64,000 bases of DNA from Candidatus Omnitrophota bacterium. Lineage in GTDB: Bacteria > Omnitrophota > Gorgyraeia > JABMRN01 > RBG-13-46-9. The notes beneath the pieces are model-generated. The model was not told where the DNA came from. It saw only the letters and a program-made list of their open reading frames with translations, and did no database searches. The stretch lies in assembly GCA_043817155.1 (NCBI GenBank), contig JBDRHE010000072.1, positions 1,345-65,344 on the forward strand, given 5' to 3'. Shown here one piece after another: positions 8,228-18,182 of the stretch; position 1 is the first letter of the stretch; every line of letters starts with the position of its first letter. Made by a program: the position numbers and the translations under genes.

Positions 8228-9484
8228 ATGAAGAATGTAGCATGCGTAATAATGGGCGGAGGAAGAGGCACCAGGCTTTATCCCCTTACCAAAGAGAGGG
8301 CTAAACCCGCTGTCCCCGTAGCAGGCAAATACCGCCTGATAGATATACCCATCTCGAATTGCATAAATTCCGGGTTTAATAAGATCTACGTCCTTACTCA
8401 ATTCAATTCCGAATCGCTCAATAAACACATAGCCAGGACCTATGCCCTCGATGCTTTTTCAGCCGGCTTCGTAGAGATCATGGCAGCGGAACAGACGATG
8501 GATAACGCCGAGTGGTTTCAAGGCACAGCCGACGCCGTAAGGCAGTGCTTAAAACACATCACAGAACTTTTTATTAAGTATGTAATTATTCTCTCCGGCG
8601 ATCAGCTCTATAAGATGGACCTCAATGAGATGTTGAGTTTTCACAAGAGAGAGCAAGCCGATGTTACATTGGCTTGCAACCCGGTATTCGGTGCAAAGAA
8701 TATTGATGAATTTGGCATATTGAAACTTGGCGAGGGCAGCAGGGTAGTGAATCTTTTCGAAAAATCCAAGGATCCCACGCAGCTAAAAGAGGCGGCCATC
8801 AGGATAGACGACAAAGAGGCGCTTCTGGTATCCATGGGTATATACATCTTTAACAAAGAGGTGCTGATCGAACTTTTAAAAGATAACAGCAAGGTGGATT
8901 TCGCAAAGGAGATCATACCCGACTCCTTTGCCCGCAAAGTAACAAAGGCCTATATTTATAAGGGATACTGGCGCGACATAGGTTCCATAAAGAACTTTTA
9001 TGATGAAAATCTTGTGCTTACAGAGCCAATACCTCCCATAAACTTCTTCGATGAGAGCTGGCCGACATTTACAAGGCCCAGATACCTTCCGCCGTCAAAG
9101 ATAAGCGATAGCAGGATATCGAGATCCGTTTTTTCGGAGGGGTGCATAATTCAGTCGGCTACTATAAAGCATTCCGTGATTGGGTTAAGGAGCAGGATCG
9201 AGGAGAAGTCACTGGTAGAAGATTCCATCATCATGGGATGCGATTACTACGAGTCCCTGGACGATATAATGAAAGCCAGAAAAGAGGGCCGTCCCTATAT
9301 GGGGATCGGGATGAATTGCGTTATAAAAAAAGCGATACTGGATAAGAACGTCAAGATCGGGGATAATTCGAGGATCGTAAATGAAAAGAAAGTAAAAGAG
9401 TTCGAGGGAGAGAATTACTCCATAAAAGACGGCATAGTGATTGTCCATAAGAACGCCACTCTGGCACCGGGGACCGTGATCTAA
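8228..9484 (+). CDS. glgC: Glucose-1-phosphate adenylyltransferase.
   Basis: N-terminal GGGRGTRLYPLT(KER)AKPAVP nucleotidyltransferase motif and a C-terminal left-handed beta-helix. Confidence 0.85.
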   Translation: MKNVACVIMGGGRGTRLYPLTKERAKPAVPVAGKYRLIDIPISNCINSGFNKIYVLTQFNSESLNKHIARTYALDAFSAGFVEIMAAEQTMDNAEWFQGTADAVRQCLKHITELFIKYVIILSGDQLYKMDLNEMLSFHKREQADVTLACNPVFGAKNIDEFGILKLGEGSRVVNLFEKSKDPTQLKEAAIRIDDKEALLVSMGIYIFNKEVLIELLKDNSKVDFAKEIIPDSFARKVTKAYIYKGYWRDIGSIKNFYDENLVLTEPIPPINFFDESWPTFTRPRYLPPSKISDSRISRSVFSEGCIIQSATIKHSVIGLRSRIEEKSLVEDSIIMGCDYYESLDDIMKARKEGRPYMGIGMNCVIKKAILDKNVKIGDNSRIVNEKKVKEFEGENYSIKDGIVIVHKNATLAPGTVI

Positions 9485-9555
9485 TATACAGGTGAGCATA
9501 GATGGGATACGCAGATGGGCGCAGATGGAAGACACAGATTGGCACAGATAAATAA

Positions 9556-9804
9556 CTCGTCTTTGCGAGGTGCCGTAAAGAGCTAGCGCACCGAAACCCC
9601 GCCGCATGCTTCGCATTGCGGGATCCCGCCATACGAAAGTAACGGCGGGACAATCTCTTACTTAACGGTTTGTCATCCCCGCGAAAGCGGGGATCCAGAG
9701 TAGCCTCGTAGAGAGTCTATCCATGGATTCCCGCTTGCGCGGGAATGACAGAGAAGAGATTGCTTCGGCACGTTCGAATATTCCGGTGCCTCGCAAAGAC
9801 GAAG
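9556..9804. repeat. Composite element: a family C copy (C2) split by a nested family B copy (B1, 9671-9750).
   Basis: C left end CTCGTCTTTGCGAGGTGCCGTAAAGAGCTAGCGCACCGAA at 9556-9598. B1 is TGTCATCCCCGCGAAAGCGGGGATCCAG...CTGGATTCCCGCTTGCGCGGGAATGACA. C right end GAGATTGCTTCGGCACGTTCGAATATTCCGGTGCCTCGCAAAGACGAAG at 9755-9804. Confidence 0.85.
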
Positions 9805-9846
9805 TGTAGCTTGTATGCCAATCTGTATTTTTAATAAATTAATCGT

Positions 9847-10941
9847 ATGAACATACTGCACTTGCTTCCCGCCCTTGAGTCGGGAGGCGTCGAGACCGGC
9901 ACGATCGATCTGGCGCTCTCACTTAAAAGACTGGGCCATACCGTTATTGTAGTTTCTAACGGCGGTCAACTTGTCAAAAGCCTGGAAGATAATAAGATAT
10001 CCCATATCAAGCTTCCGGTTCACAAAAAGTCACCATCCGCCATCCTGCTTATACCAAAGATCGTGAGCATCCTTAGATCGCACAACATAGATATCGTCCA
10101 TGCGAAAAGCCGTGTCCCGGCGTGGATAGGCTATTTATCCTGCAAAATATCCGGCACCCCTTTTGTCACAAGCTGCCACGGTTTTTATTCGAAACACTTC
10201 TTCAGTTCCGTTATGGGCCGAGGCCAGCGCGTGATGGTGATTTCAAGGAGCATAGAGATGAGGATGATAGAAGATTTCAAGGTGCCTGCGAGCCGGATCC
10301 GTCTTGTGTATAGAGGCGTGGACCTTTCTAAGTACCCTTACCAGCCTGATAAATATGAAAGCGAAAAGATCTCCTTTATCGTGATCAACATAGGCAGGCT
10401 GACGCCGCTCAAGGGCCAGCACAAATTTATAAAAGCGATGAAGCGTGTCGCCGAAGAGATAAGATCGGTCGAGGCCTGGATCGTGGGCGCGCCGGAAAGA
10501 GGTAAAGAACACTATGTAGAGAGACTGCACAGGGCGGTGCTGGAGCTCGGTATGGAGGGGAGTATAAAGTTTTTAGGTTTACGAAAGGATATCCCCGAGC
10601 TCTTAAAGAAGAGTGATTGCCTGGTGCTCTCTACGAATGTTCCCGAGGGATTCGGAAGGACTGTAGTTGAGGCGGGCGCTATAGGTACGGCTGTATGCGC
10701 ATCTGACGTAGGCGGCCTTAGGGAGATCATAACAGACGGTGTTTCGGGGATACTCTTTCCGCCGGATGACGAAGTTAAGATGGCAGAGGCCATCATAAGA
10801 ATGCTCAGCAGCCGGGATTTCTCGAAAGGCTGTTCAGAGAATCTGCGAAGAAGGGTGGAGAACGATTTTACACTTGAACGTATGACCAAAGAGACGCTTT
10901 CGGTTTACGAAGAGGTCGTGAAGGCCAGAGTACCCGCCTAA
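9847..10941 (+). CDS. Glycosyltransferase family 4 (GT1-type fold).
   Basis: 364 aa. C-terminal EGFG...E motif typical of retaining GT4 enzymes. Confidence 0.7.
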   Translation: MNILHLLPALESGGVETGTIDLALSLKRLGHTVIVVSNGGQLVKSLEDNKISHIKLPVHKKSPSAILLIPKIVSILRSHNIDIVHAKSRVPAWIGYLSCKISGTPFVTSCHGFYSKHFFSSVMGRGQRVMVISRSIEMRMIEDFKVPASRIRLVYRGVDLSKYPYQPDKYESEKISFIVINIGRLTPLKGQHKFIKAMKRVAEEIRSVEAWIVGAPERGKEHYVERLHRAVLELGMEGSIKFLGLRKDIPELLKKSDCLVLSTNVPEGFGRTVVEAGAIGTAVCASDVGGLREIITDGVSGILFPPDDEVKMAEAIIRMLSSRDFSKGCSENLRRRVENDFTLERMTKETLSVYEEVVKARVPA

Positions 10942-10980
10942 AGAGCTTTACTTGACGAAAAGATAAACGTGTGTTAGAGT

Positions 10981-11715
10981 ATGCCCATGCAGAAAGAGTC
11001 AAATAGTGGAGCCCCCCGGACTTTAGTCCTGGGCTCCCTCCATCAAAAACACATATCACCTGCCGCAGTCTGCGGACGGATTAAAATAGCGCCAAGTCTT
11101 CTGGCGGCCGATTTCGGATGCCTCGCTTCAGAGATTGATAAAGCTGAAAAAGCCGGGGCGGATTCGTTGCACGTCGATGTGATGGACGGGCACTTTGTGC
11201 CGAATATAACCCTTGGACCATTCATAGTAAAAGCGATGAGGAGAGTGACGAAGCTTCCATTGATCTCCCACCTTATGATCGAAAGCCCGGAGAAGTATAT
11301 TAAAGAATTCGTCGCGGCAGGAAGCGACATGATCATCTTCCATATAGAGACTACAAAGAGGCCAAAGATGCTTATAGAAAAGATAAAGCGGACTAAAACG
11401 AAGGTAGGGGTTTCGATCAAGCCCAATACGAAGGTCCGCGCCATAAGATCTCTTCTTCCGCTTCTCGATGAGGTGCTTGTTATGACCGTGGAGCCCGGAT
11501 TCGGTGGTCAGAAGTTTATGCATAAACAGCTTCCGAAGATACGGGATATCAGGGAGTCTTTCGCCGGAGACATAGCTGTCGACGGCGGGATAAACCAGGA
11601 GACCGCGGAGCTCGCTGTTTCAAAAGGCGCCAATATACTGATAGCCGGAACGTATCTCTTCGGTGCCAGGAACATGAAGAGCCTCATCCGCAAACTCAAA
11701 TCGATCAAACCCTAA
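10981..11715 (+). CDS. rpe: Ribulose-phosphate 3-epimerase.
   Basis: KIAPSLLAADF, HVDVMDGHFVPN and EPGFGGQKF motifs. The only ATGs (10981, 10987) lie upstream of and read through family A copy A2, giving a ~28-aa N-terminal extension. Confidence 0.8.
   Translation: MPMQKESNSGAPRTLVLGSLHQKHISPAAVCGRIKIAPSLLAADFGCLASEIDKAEKAGADSLHVDVMDGHFVPNITLGPFIVKAMRRVTKLPLISHLMIESPEKYIKEFVAAGSDMIIFHIETTKRPKMLIEKIKRTKTKVGVSIKPNTKVRAIRSLLPLLDEVLVMTVEPGFGGQKFMHKQLPKIRDIRESFAGDIAVDGGINQETAELAVSKGANILIAGTYLFGARNMKSLIRKLKSIKP
11006..11060. repeat. Family A element, partial copy A2 (hairpin 3 plus spacer), in reverse orientation.
   Basis: GTGGAGCCCCCCGGACTTTAGTCCTGGGCTCCCTCCATCAAAAACACATATCACC. Confidence 0.8.
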
Positions 11716-12521
11716 TTGGGGACGTTTCAACTTTCCTCAACCTCGTTCAAGCAAGCTAGCTAGAGAGGCCAAGCGCATTTTTACAAATTCCATCATAATC
11801 TGGTTTAACTCCGATTGCTCGTGTGGGGCAATTCTTCCGCTTGCCCCGTTCCAAATCGCCCTATAAAGGCATTTGGATAAAGAAGATGTTCTTTGCGCAG
11901 AATACTTTTGCAATAGCTAAAAGTTCTAGTGGGCGATTTGTAACGGGGCAAGCCGCCGGTCTATTGCAGTTAGCTGTTGGTAATTCGCTAGCCAGCGCAG
12001 GCCAAGCGGTCCGGGAGGCTTAAGCATAAAAGATTATGCAGAGATTCTCTCTTCTTGCCTCTTCATAAGGTGATAGCCGGTCTTTAAGGAAATGCCGTAA
12101 GCCAAGACATACGTATGCCTGAACTACCGACTCTCACCTTGTAAAGAGACAAAGAGAGAATATGCGCCTCCCGAACCGCTTGGCCCGCGCAAGTTTTGAG
12201 ACGATTCTTTGCACTCAAGTTGCTCCAGCTTAGGTTTATGGGCGAGAGATAGGGTGGTTATCGGAGAATTACCTTGGAGTAATCTTTTGCCTGCACTGGA
12301 GCCCCTTAGCCTGGGCTTACTTTGCAAAGTTAAGAAATGGCGGAATCATTACCCGAAACCCCCTATTTTTTGCTTTTTCGGTTATATCTTAATCAGGTTG
12401 CAAATGCTTCTTTTAAGAACGAACGAACTTTATGGTTGACATTTATGGGGTAGTCAGCTTTAATAGTCGTCGAGGTTTAAGAAGATGAGGAATCTATATG
12501 TTATTTCTATCACTTAAATAT

Positions 12522-12624
12522 GAGTAAGTAGAGAGTAGCAAGTAGCGAGCCCCGTTAGAAATTTACAATTTCTAACGGGGCGAGAAAGACTCTCTCTACT
12601 CTCTACCTGCTACTCGCTACTTAC
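12522..12624. repeat. Long imperfect palindrome (~100 bp, 14-bp perfect core stem) immediately upstream of mnmG.
   Basis: GAGTAAGTAGAGAGTAGCAAGTAGCGAGCCCCGTTAGAAATT-TAC-AATTTCTAACGGGGCGAGAAAGACTCTCTACTCTCTACCTGCTACTCGCTACTTAC. Confidence 0.75.
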
Positions 12625-12651
12625 TGGCATTTGTAAAAAAGAATATAATAC

Positions 12652-14532
12652 ATGTTTTCAAATTGTAAAAGAGAATTCGATGTAATAGTCGTAGGCGGTG
12701 GCCACGCCGGATGCGAGGCGTCACTCGCAAGCGCGCGTCTTGGTTCAAAGACTCTTCTTATCACACAGAAGATCGATAGGATCGGTTTCATGTCCTGCAA
12801 TCCTGCCATAGGCGGTATCGGGAAGGGGCAGCTGGTAAAAGAGGTCGATGCCCTGGGTGGTGAGATGGGAAGGGCTATAGACGCCTCCATGATACAATTT
12901 CGCATGTTAAATTCTTCCAAAGGCTACGCCGCCAGGTCCTCGCGCGCTCAAGCCGATCGGGCCATATATAACAGATTCATGCGAGAACGTGTTCTAGGAC
13001 AGGGTGGGCTGGAAGTCTTAGAGGATGAGGTTGTAGGGATCTCTGTTAAAAATGGCGTCTGCAAAGGTGTAAAAACCGGGCAATCAGGCGAGATGAACTC
13101 CACCGCCGTCATTTTGACACCCGGGACATTTCTGAATGGTGTTATACACATAGGGCTTGAGCATTTTAAAGGCGGAAGGATCGGTGAAGACGCGTCTCTG
13201 GGGTTGTCAGAGAGTCTTGCTGATCTCGGTTTCAAAATATTGACTTTGAAGACCGGTACCACTCCCCGCATAGACGGAAGAACAATAGACTTTTCAAAGT
13301 TGGTGGCGCAGCACGGGGATAGAGAGATAATACCATTCTCGTTCTGGACGAAGAAGATAGACATAGACCAGAAGCCGTGTTTCATAACGCGTACGAATTC
13401 TGAAACGCATAAGGTGATACAGGAGAATCTGGACCGCTCTCCTCTCTATACCGGTAAGATAAAGTCTACAGGGGTTAGATACTGTCCGTCCATAGAAGAC
13501 AAGATAGTCAGGTTCCCCGGGAGACCGTCGCATACGATCTTTCTCGAACCCGAAGGTTGGGATACCGACGATTACTATCCAAACGGGATTTCAACGAGCC
13601 TTCCGAGAGACGCACAGGAGAGGATGGTTCATAGCATAGAGGGTCTGGAAGAAGCGAAGATACTTACTCCGGGATACGGGATAGAATACGATATGGTCGA
13701 TCCAACGAGCCTGAAGCCGACGCTGGAGACTAAAACCGTCAAAGGTCTCTTTCTTGCCGGCCAGATCAACGGAACGACCGGATACGAAGAGGCCGCAAGT
13801 CTAGGGCTTATGGCCGGCATTAATGCCGCAAGGACCATCGGGGGAGAGCCTCCTGTTATTCTCGACAGGTCAGAGGCGTATATAGGTGTTCTAATAGATG
13901 ATCTTGTTACTAAGGGCACGAGCGAGCCGTATCGGATGTTTACCTCCCGGGTAGAATACAGACTGACTGTAAGAGAGGATAACGCTGCGCTAAGATTGAG
14001 TAAGACGGGCCTGTCGATCGGACTTCTGCCGGATAAAAGTTTTCAGGAAGTTATGAAGAGAGAGAAGAAGGTAGGTGAGATCAAGAAGAGACTGAAGGCA
14101 AAGAAAATATATCCGACAAAAGAGATAAATAGTATTCTGGAAGAGAGATTTTCTCAAAGTCCTTTAAAGAATCCAATCAGCCTGGCCGGCCTTCTAAAGA
14201 GGCCCGGTCTATCAATCGAAAACGTGATGGAACTTGCGGCCTGGAAAGATCCTGTGTCTTATTACGAGAAGATCCGGATAGAAGTCGATATCAAATATGA
14301 GGGCTACATCAAGAGGGAGAACGCTTATATAAAGAAGTTTAAGGGTTTGGAGAAGATAAGTATTCCCGAAGATTTCAACTATTCGGATGTAATCGGGCTA
14401 TCGAGTGAGATAAAGGAGAAACTGACAAGCCTTAAACCCCGCTCACTCGGACAAGCAACACGTGTCTCAGGCGTGACCCCGGTAGCGATAACTGTTTTGA
14501 TGATTAAACTACATAGCCGGAATATGAAGTAA
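12652..14532 (+). CDS. mnmG: tRNA uridine 5-carboxymethylaminomethyl modification enzyme MnmG (GidA).
   Basis: N-terminal FAD-binding motif [14 protein letters not shown] and the full-length GidA architecture (626 aa). Confidence 0.9.
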   Translation: MFSNCKREFDVIVVGGGHAGCEASLASARLGSKTLLITQKIDRIGFMSCNPAIGGIGKGQLVKEVDALGGEMGRAIDASMIQFRMLNSSKGYAARSSRAQADRAIYNRFMRERVLGQGGLEVLEDEVVGISVKNGVCKGVKTGQSGEMNSTAVILTPGTFLNGVIHIGLEHFKGGRIGEDASLGLSESLADLGFKILTLKTGTTPRIDGRTIDFSKLVAQHGDREIIPFSFWTKKIDIDQKPCFITRTNSETHKVIQENLDRSPLYTGKIKSTGVRYCPSIEDKIVRFPGRPSHTIFLEPEGWDTDDYYPNGISTSLPRDAQERMVHSIEGLEEAKILTPGYGIEYDMVDPTSLKPTLETKTVKGLFLAGQINGTTGYEEAASLGLMAGINAARTIGGEPPVILDRSEAYIGVLIDDLVTKGTSEPYRMFTSRVEYRLTVREDNAALRLSKTGLSIGLLPDKSFQEVMKREKKVGEIKKRLKAKKIYPTKEINSILEERFSQSPLKNPISLAGLLKRPGLSIENVMELAAWKDPVSYYEKIRIEVDIKYEGYIKRENAYIKKFKGLEKISIPEDFNYSDVIGLSSEIKEKLTSLKPRSLGQATRVSGVTPVAITVLMIKLHSRNMK

Positions 14533-14592
14533 ATTACAAATCACAAATTCCCTGCCTGCTGCTGCAAGCGGGCAGGCAAATAACAAACATCT

Positions 14593-14682
14593 TGTCATTC
14601 CCGCGCAAGCGGGAATCCAGACGGAAATGACAAACATATTAGGAAGATAGACTTCTGGATCCCCGCTTTCGCGGGGATGACA
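14593..14682. repeat. Family B element with 27-bp terminal inverted repeats, copy B2.
   Basis: TGTCATTCCCGCGCAAGCGGGAATCCAG...CTGGATCCCCGCTTTCGCGGGGATGACA. Confidence 0.85.
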
Positions 14683-14768
14683 AAATATTAGTTTTAAACA
14701 TTGTAATTTTGATATTGTATATTGTTTGTGCTTTGTGTATTGTATATTGTGATTTAGCGAGGGATTGC

Positions 14769-15677
14769 GTGAGCAGATACTATTACTCATTCAGTGAATA
14801 CCTTAGTGAAAAATTTAATACTAAGGTTCGAAGGATAGGGCTTAATGCTCACTTTTCGTGTCCCAATAGGGATGGAAAGCTGGATACGGCGGGATGTATA
14901 TTTTGTAACGAAACGGGATTTACAGAGTTTGCCAGGACGAAACTTTCCGTAGAAGAACAGATCGAGAAGTCCATGCAGTTTTATAGAAAGCGTTTTAAGG
15001 CTGAAAAGTTCATTGCATATTTCCAGAATGCGACGAATACGCATAGTACAACCGAAAGACTGAAGGAGACCTACGATATAGTAAAGAGATTCCCGGATAT
15101 AGTCGGCCTCTATATTTCTACGCGGCCGGACTGCGTAGACGAAGAGAAGCTGGAGCTTATAGCAGGTTATAAAAAGAATTATGATGTTTGGATAGAATAT
15201 GGCTTGCAGAGCATTCACGATACTACACTAGAAGCGATCAATCGTTCCCATACACATGCTCAAAGTGCGGAGGCAATCAAGAAGACCGCCGAGAAGGGTA
15301 TTAAGGTAGGGGTTCATATTATACTTGGACTTCCCGGTGAATCGAAGAAGGATATGATGGAGACGGCAAGCCAGGTTGCCGCTCTTCCCATAGACGGTAT
15401 TAAGCTTCACGTCTTTCATGTCTTTAAGGACACGGAGCTGGAGAGGTTGCACAAGAAAGGAAAAGTGAAGCTACTCAAATCGGCAGAATATGTGGATCTT
15501 GCATGTGATCTTTTGGAAAGGCAGAGGCCGGAATGCGTGGTAATGCGCCTTCTATCCGATGCTAAAGAGAGCGCTCTTATAGCGCCAAAATGGATAAACC
15601 GGAAACAGAAAATAATAGAAGAAATAAAAAAGGAATTTGAAAGAAGAGGCACGCGGCAGGGGAGTAGATATGAATAA
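14769..15677 (+). CDS. Radical SAM protein of the TIGR01212 (YtqA-like) family.
   Basis: FSCPNRDGKLDTAGCIFCN cysteine motif. GTG start with a GAGGG ribosome-binding site. A TATTGTATATTGT direct repeat (x2) lies at 14713-14750 upstream. Confidence 0.7.
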   Translation: MSRYYYSFSEYLSEKFNTKVRRIGLNAHFSCPNRDGKLDTAGCIFCNETGFTEFARTKLSVEEQIEKSMQFYRKRFKAEKFIAYFQNATNTHSTTERLKETYDIVKRFPDIVGLYISTRPDCVDEEKLELIAGYKKNYDVWIEYGLQSIHDTTLEAINRSHTHAQSAEAIKKTAEKGIKVGVHIILGLPGESKKDMMETASQVAALPIDGIKLHVFHVFKDTELERLHKKGKVKLLKSAEYVDLACDLLERQRPECVVMRLLSDAKESALIAPKWINRKQKIIEEIKKEFERRGTRQGSRYE

Positions 15678-16251
15678 AAGAATTTGCGTATTCGGTAGCT
15701 ACAAGAATCTAGGCAAGAGGAAGCGGGAAGAGATAATAAAACTCGGAAGACTTCTTGCCAAAAATGGCTTTGAAGTTGTGTCAGGAGGATTCGGCGGCAC
15801 AATGGAGGATATATCAAAAGGCGCAAAAGAGGCCGGGGGCAAGACGATAGGCGTAACATACTACAAACGGATCGATGGCCCTTCCAAGAAGCCGAACCCT
15901 TATATCGATGAAGAGATAAGAACGGACACCATCTTTAAGCGGATCGAAGCGATGATGGAGAAGTCGGATGCTTTTATAGTCCTGGAAGGAGGCACTGGTA
16001 CGCTTCTTGAGCTGGCCGCATGCCTGGAATATATCAACAAGGGCCTTATGAAGCCGAAACCGATCATAGCGCTTGGCAGTTTTTGGAAAGTGATTGCCGA
16101 TACCCTTGCCCGCGAAGAGGTGTTGAGCAAAGAGGCCGCAGCTATCTTAAGCGCCAAGACCTGCCGCGATCTAATCATATTCTCAAATAAGATAGAAGAC
16201 GTCGTGAAGATATTGATCGATTCTTTGGCGACTATATCCAATAAGCAGTAG
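15670..16251 (+). CDS. LOG family / TIGR00725 Rossmann-fold nucleotide-binding protein.
   Basis: RICVFGS...GGFGGTMEDISKGA...LEGGTGTLLE motifs. Confidence 0.6.
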   Translation: MNKRICVFGSYKNLGKRKREEIIKLGRLLAKNGFEVVSGGFGGTMEDISKGAKEAGGKTIGVTYYKRIDGPSKKPNPYIDEEIRTDTIFKRIEAMMEKSDAFIVLEGGTGTLLELAACLEYINKGLMKPKPIIALGSFWKVIADTLAREEVLSKEAAAILSAKTCRDLIIFSNKIEDVVKILIDSLATISNKQ

Positions 16252-16282
16252 CCGGGGCTTAAGCCCCGGCTACTGCTTTTTG
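16243..16282 (+). terminator. Rho-independent terminator.
   Basis: Perfect 18-bp palindromic stem AAGCAGTAGCCGGGGCTT/AAGCCCCGGCTACTGCTT followed by TTTTT. It overlaps the stop codon of the LOG-family gene. Confidence 0.8.
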
Positions 16283-16320
16283 AAGCTCTTAATAGGTCCG
16301 TTCAACAGTTTGTCATTCCC

Positions 16321-16407
16321 GCGAAAGCGGGAATCCAGTCATGCCACAATGCATTAGAAAGAATACACTTCTGGATCCCCGCTTGCGCGGGGATGACATG
16401 ACTTTAT
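16321..16407. repeat. Family B element, copy B3.
   Basis: TGTCATTCCCGCGAAAGCGGGAATCCAG...CTGGATCCCCGCTTGCGCGGGGATGACA. Confidence 0.85.
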
Positions 16408-16505
16408 TCCAAAAGTAGATCGATATTACTTATTGAAAAGAGGGACATAATTAGTGAGCATTAACAACAGTCCCTTCTTATAGCAATTTTACCACCTGAT
16501 TCCGC

Positions 16506-16534
16506 TTGTAATATACTCCCGGGTATGCTAAAAT
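16506..16534 (+). promoter_or_regulatory. Candidate promoter TTGTAA-17-TAAAAT upstream of purH.
   Basis: About 55 nt upstream of the purH ATG. purH has a strong ribosome-binding site (GGGAGGG). Confidence 0.45.
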
Positions 16535-16589
16535 TTGCTTCTGCGCTATTTAATATATTATCCAAATAGTAGTATGTAAGGGAGGGTTA

Positions 16590-18182
16590 ATGCTGAAGAT
16601 CAAGAAGGCTTTGATAAGCGTGTCGGATAAGAGCGGTTTAGATGAACTGGTCAAAACTCTAAACGAGTTTGGCGTTAAGATATTGTCTACTGGCGGTACT
16701 GCTAAGAGGATTAAATCATTAGGTATAGAGTGTAAAGATGTTTCGGATTATACGGGATTTCCCGAGATGATGAACGGCCGCGTGAAAACATTGCATCCGA
16801 AGATCCACGGGGGGCTTCTTGCGCTCCGGGACAACGAATCACACATGACTCAAGCAAAAGATCATGATATAGAGATGATCGACATGGTGGTGGTGAACCT
16901 CTATCCGTTCGAAAAGACCGTTGCCAGGCCCGATGTGACACTGGAAGAAGCTATAGAAAATATAGATATTGGCGGGCCTTCAATGCTCCGCAGCGCGGCA
17001 AAGAATCACAGGTCGGTCGCCGTAGTAACGGACCCCGCGCGGTACCCGGATATAATAAAAGAGCTTAAAGAGAACAAGGGTTCGCTCTCCAAAAAAACTC
17101 TTATGAATTTGGCCTTTGAGGTCTTCAGACGGACGGCGGAGTACGACGGAGCTATCCATGACTATTTACACGCTACGATGGACGATGGACGACGGACGAT
17201 GGACGATGGACGACGGACGACGGATGAGTTTCCCAAGAGACTGGACTTGACGTTTGAAAAGGCACAGGACCTGAGATACGGGGAGAACCCGCACCAGAAG
17301 GCAGCGTTTTACAAGGCTCCATCTACATCTGAATCCGGTATATGCAATGCCAGGCAGCTTCAAGGCAAGGAGCTCTCATTTAACAACATATTGGACCTTA
17401 ACGCAGCTATTGAAATAGTTAAAGATTTCGATAAGCCGGCCGCGAGTGTCATAAAGCATACAAATCCATGCGGAGCTGCTGTAGCAGACTCTTTATCCAA
17501 AGCTTATTTGGATGCGCTGGATTGTGATAGACTGAGTGCCTTTGGAAGTATCGTGGGCTTTAATGGCGCTGTCGACAAGAAGCTTGCTGAAACGGTTATG
17601 AGGGAGACGGATTTTGTGGAATGCATAATTGCGCCTTCTTTCGAAACGGATGCAAAAGCAGTATTTTCGGCAAAGAAGAACTTGAGGCTTCTCGAAGTGC
17701 CTTACTACAAAAGGACCACTGAAAAGGAATTGGATCTAAAGAGAGTGGTAGGCGGCATACTCGCTCAAGGAATGGATTTAAAAGTGATCAAGGAGAGCGA
17801 TCTCAAAGTAGCTACTACCAAGAAGCCGACAAAAGAGGAGATAGAGTCGCTTCTCTTTGGGTGGATTATTGTGAAGCATGTTAAGAGTAACGCAATAGTA
17901 TTATGCCAGGGAACGAAGACGGTTGGCATAGGCGCCGGCCAGATGTCTAGAGTCGATTCTGTGATCATCGCAGGCCGTAAGGCCGGCAGCAAAACCAAAG
18001 GTTCGACATTGGCTAGCGACGCATTCTTTCCAAAGCCGGATGCAATAGAGCAGGCTCACAAGGCAGGCGTAAAGGCTATAATACAACCCGGCGGCTCAAA
18101 AGGTGATCCTGAAGTAATAGCCGCCTGTGATAAATACGGCATCTCTATGGTATTCACCGGAGTGCGGCATTTTAAACACTAA
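16590..18182 (+). CDS. purH: Bifunctional AICAR transformylase / IMP cyclohydrolase.
   Basis: MGS-like N-terminal domain (ISVSDKSGL) and AICARFT C-terminal domain. Contains an in-frame 21-bp tandem duplication in the linker at 17178-17219. Confidence 0.9.
   Translation: MLKIKKALISVSDKSGLDELVKTLNEFGVKILSTGGTAKRIKSLGIECKDVSDYTGFPEMMNGRVKTLHPKIHGGLLALRDNESHMTQAKDHDIEMIDMVVVNLYPFEKTVARPDVTLEEAIENIDIGGPSMLRSAAKNHRSVAVVTDPARYPDIIKELKENKGSLSKKTLMNLAFEVFRRTAEYDGAIHDYLHATMDDGRRTMDDGRRTTDEFPKRLDLTFEKAQDLRYGENPHQKAAFYKAPSTSESGICNARQLQGKELSFNNILDLNAAIEIVKDFDKPAASVIKHTNPCGAAVADSLSKAYLDALDCDRLSAFGSIVGFNGAVDKKLAETVMRETDFVECIIAPSFETDAKAVFSAKKNLRLLEVPYYKRTTEKELDLKRVVGGILAQGMDLKVIKESDLKVATTKKPTKEEIESLLFGWIIVKHVKSNAIVLCQGTKTVGIGAGQMSRVDSVIIAGRKAGSKTKGSTLASDAFFPKPDAIEQAHKAGVKAIIQPGGSKGDPEVIAACDKYGISMVFTGVRHFKH
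17178..17219 (+). repeat. In-frame tandem duplication, 2 x 21 bp (ATGGACGATGGACGACGGACG), encoding MDDGRRT-MDDGRRT inside purH.
   Basis: Seen directly in the sequence. Followed by a partial third unit ACGGATGAG. Confidence 0.9.

Noticed and set aside
11716-12651. RNase P RNA, tmRNA, 6S RNA or SRP RNA in the rpe-mnmG gap.
   Set aside because: No match to conserved cores: GGAAAGTCCGG, ACAGAANCCGGCTTA, the tmRNA tag region with a tRNA-like end, or the SRP GGAAGCAGCCA-type domain IV. Retained only as an unclassified structured region.
16408-16589. ZTP (pfl) or purine riboswitch upstream of purH.
   Set aside because: No recognisable conserved core was found by eye (for example the ZTP GGGTCGTGAC...CCGGG...pseudoknot elements). 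Only a promoter-like TTGTAA-17-TAAAAT and a plain leader are present. An Rfam scan is needed for a definitive answer.
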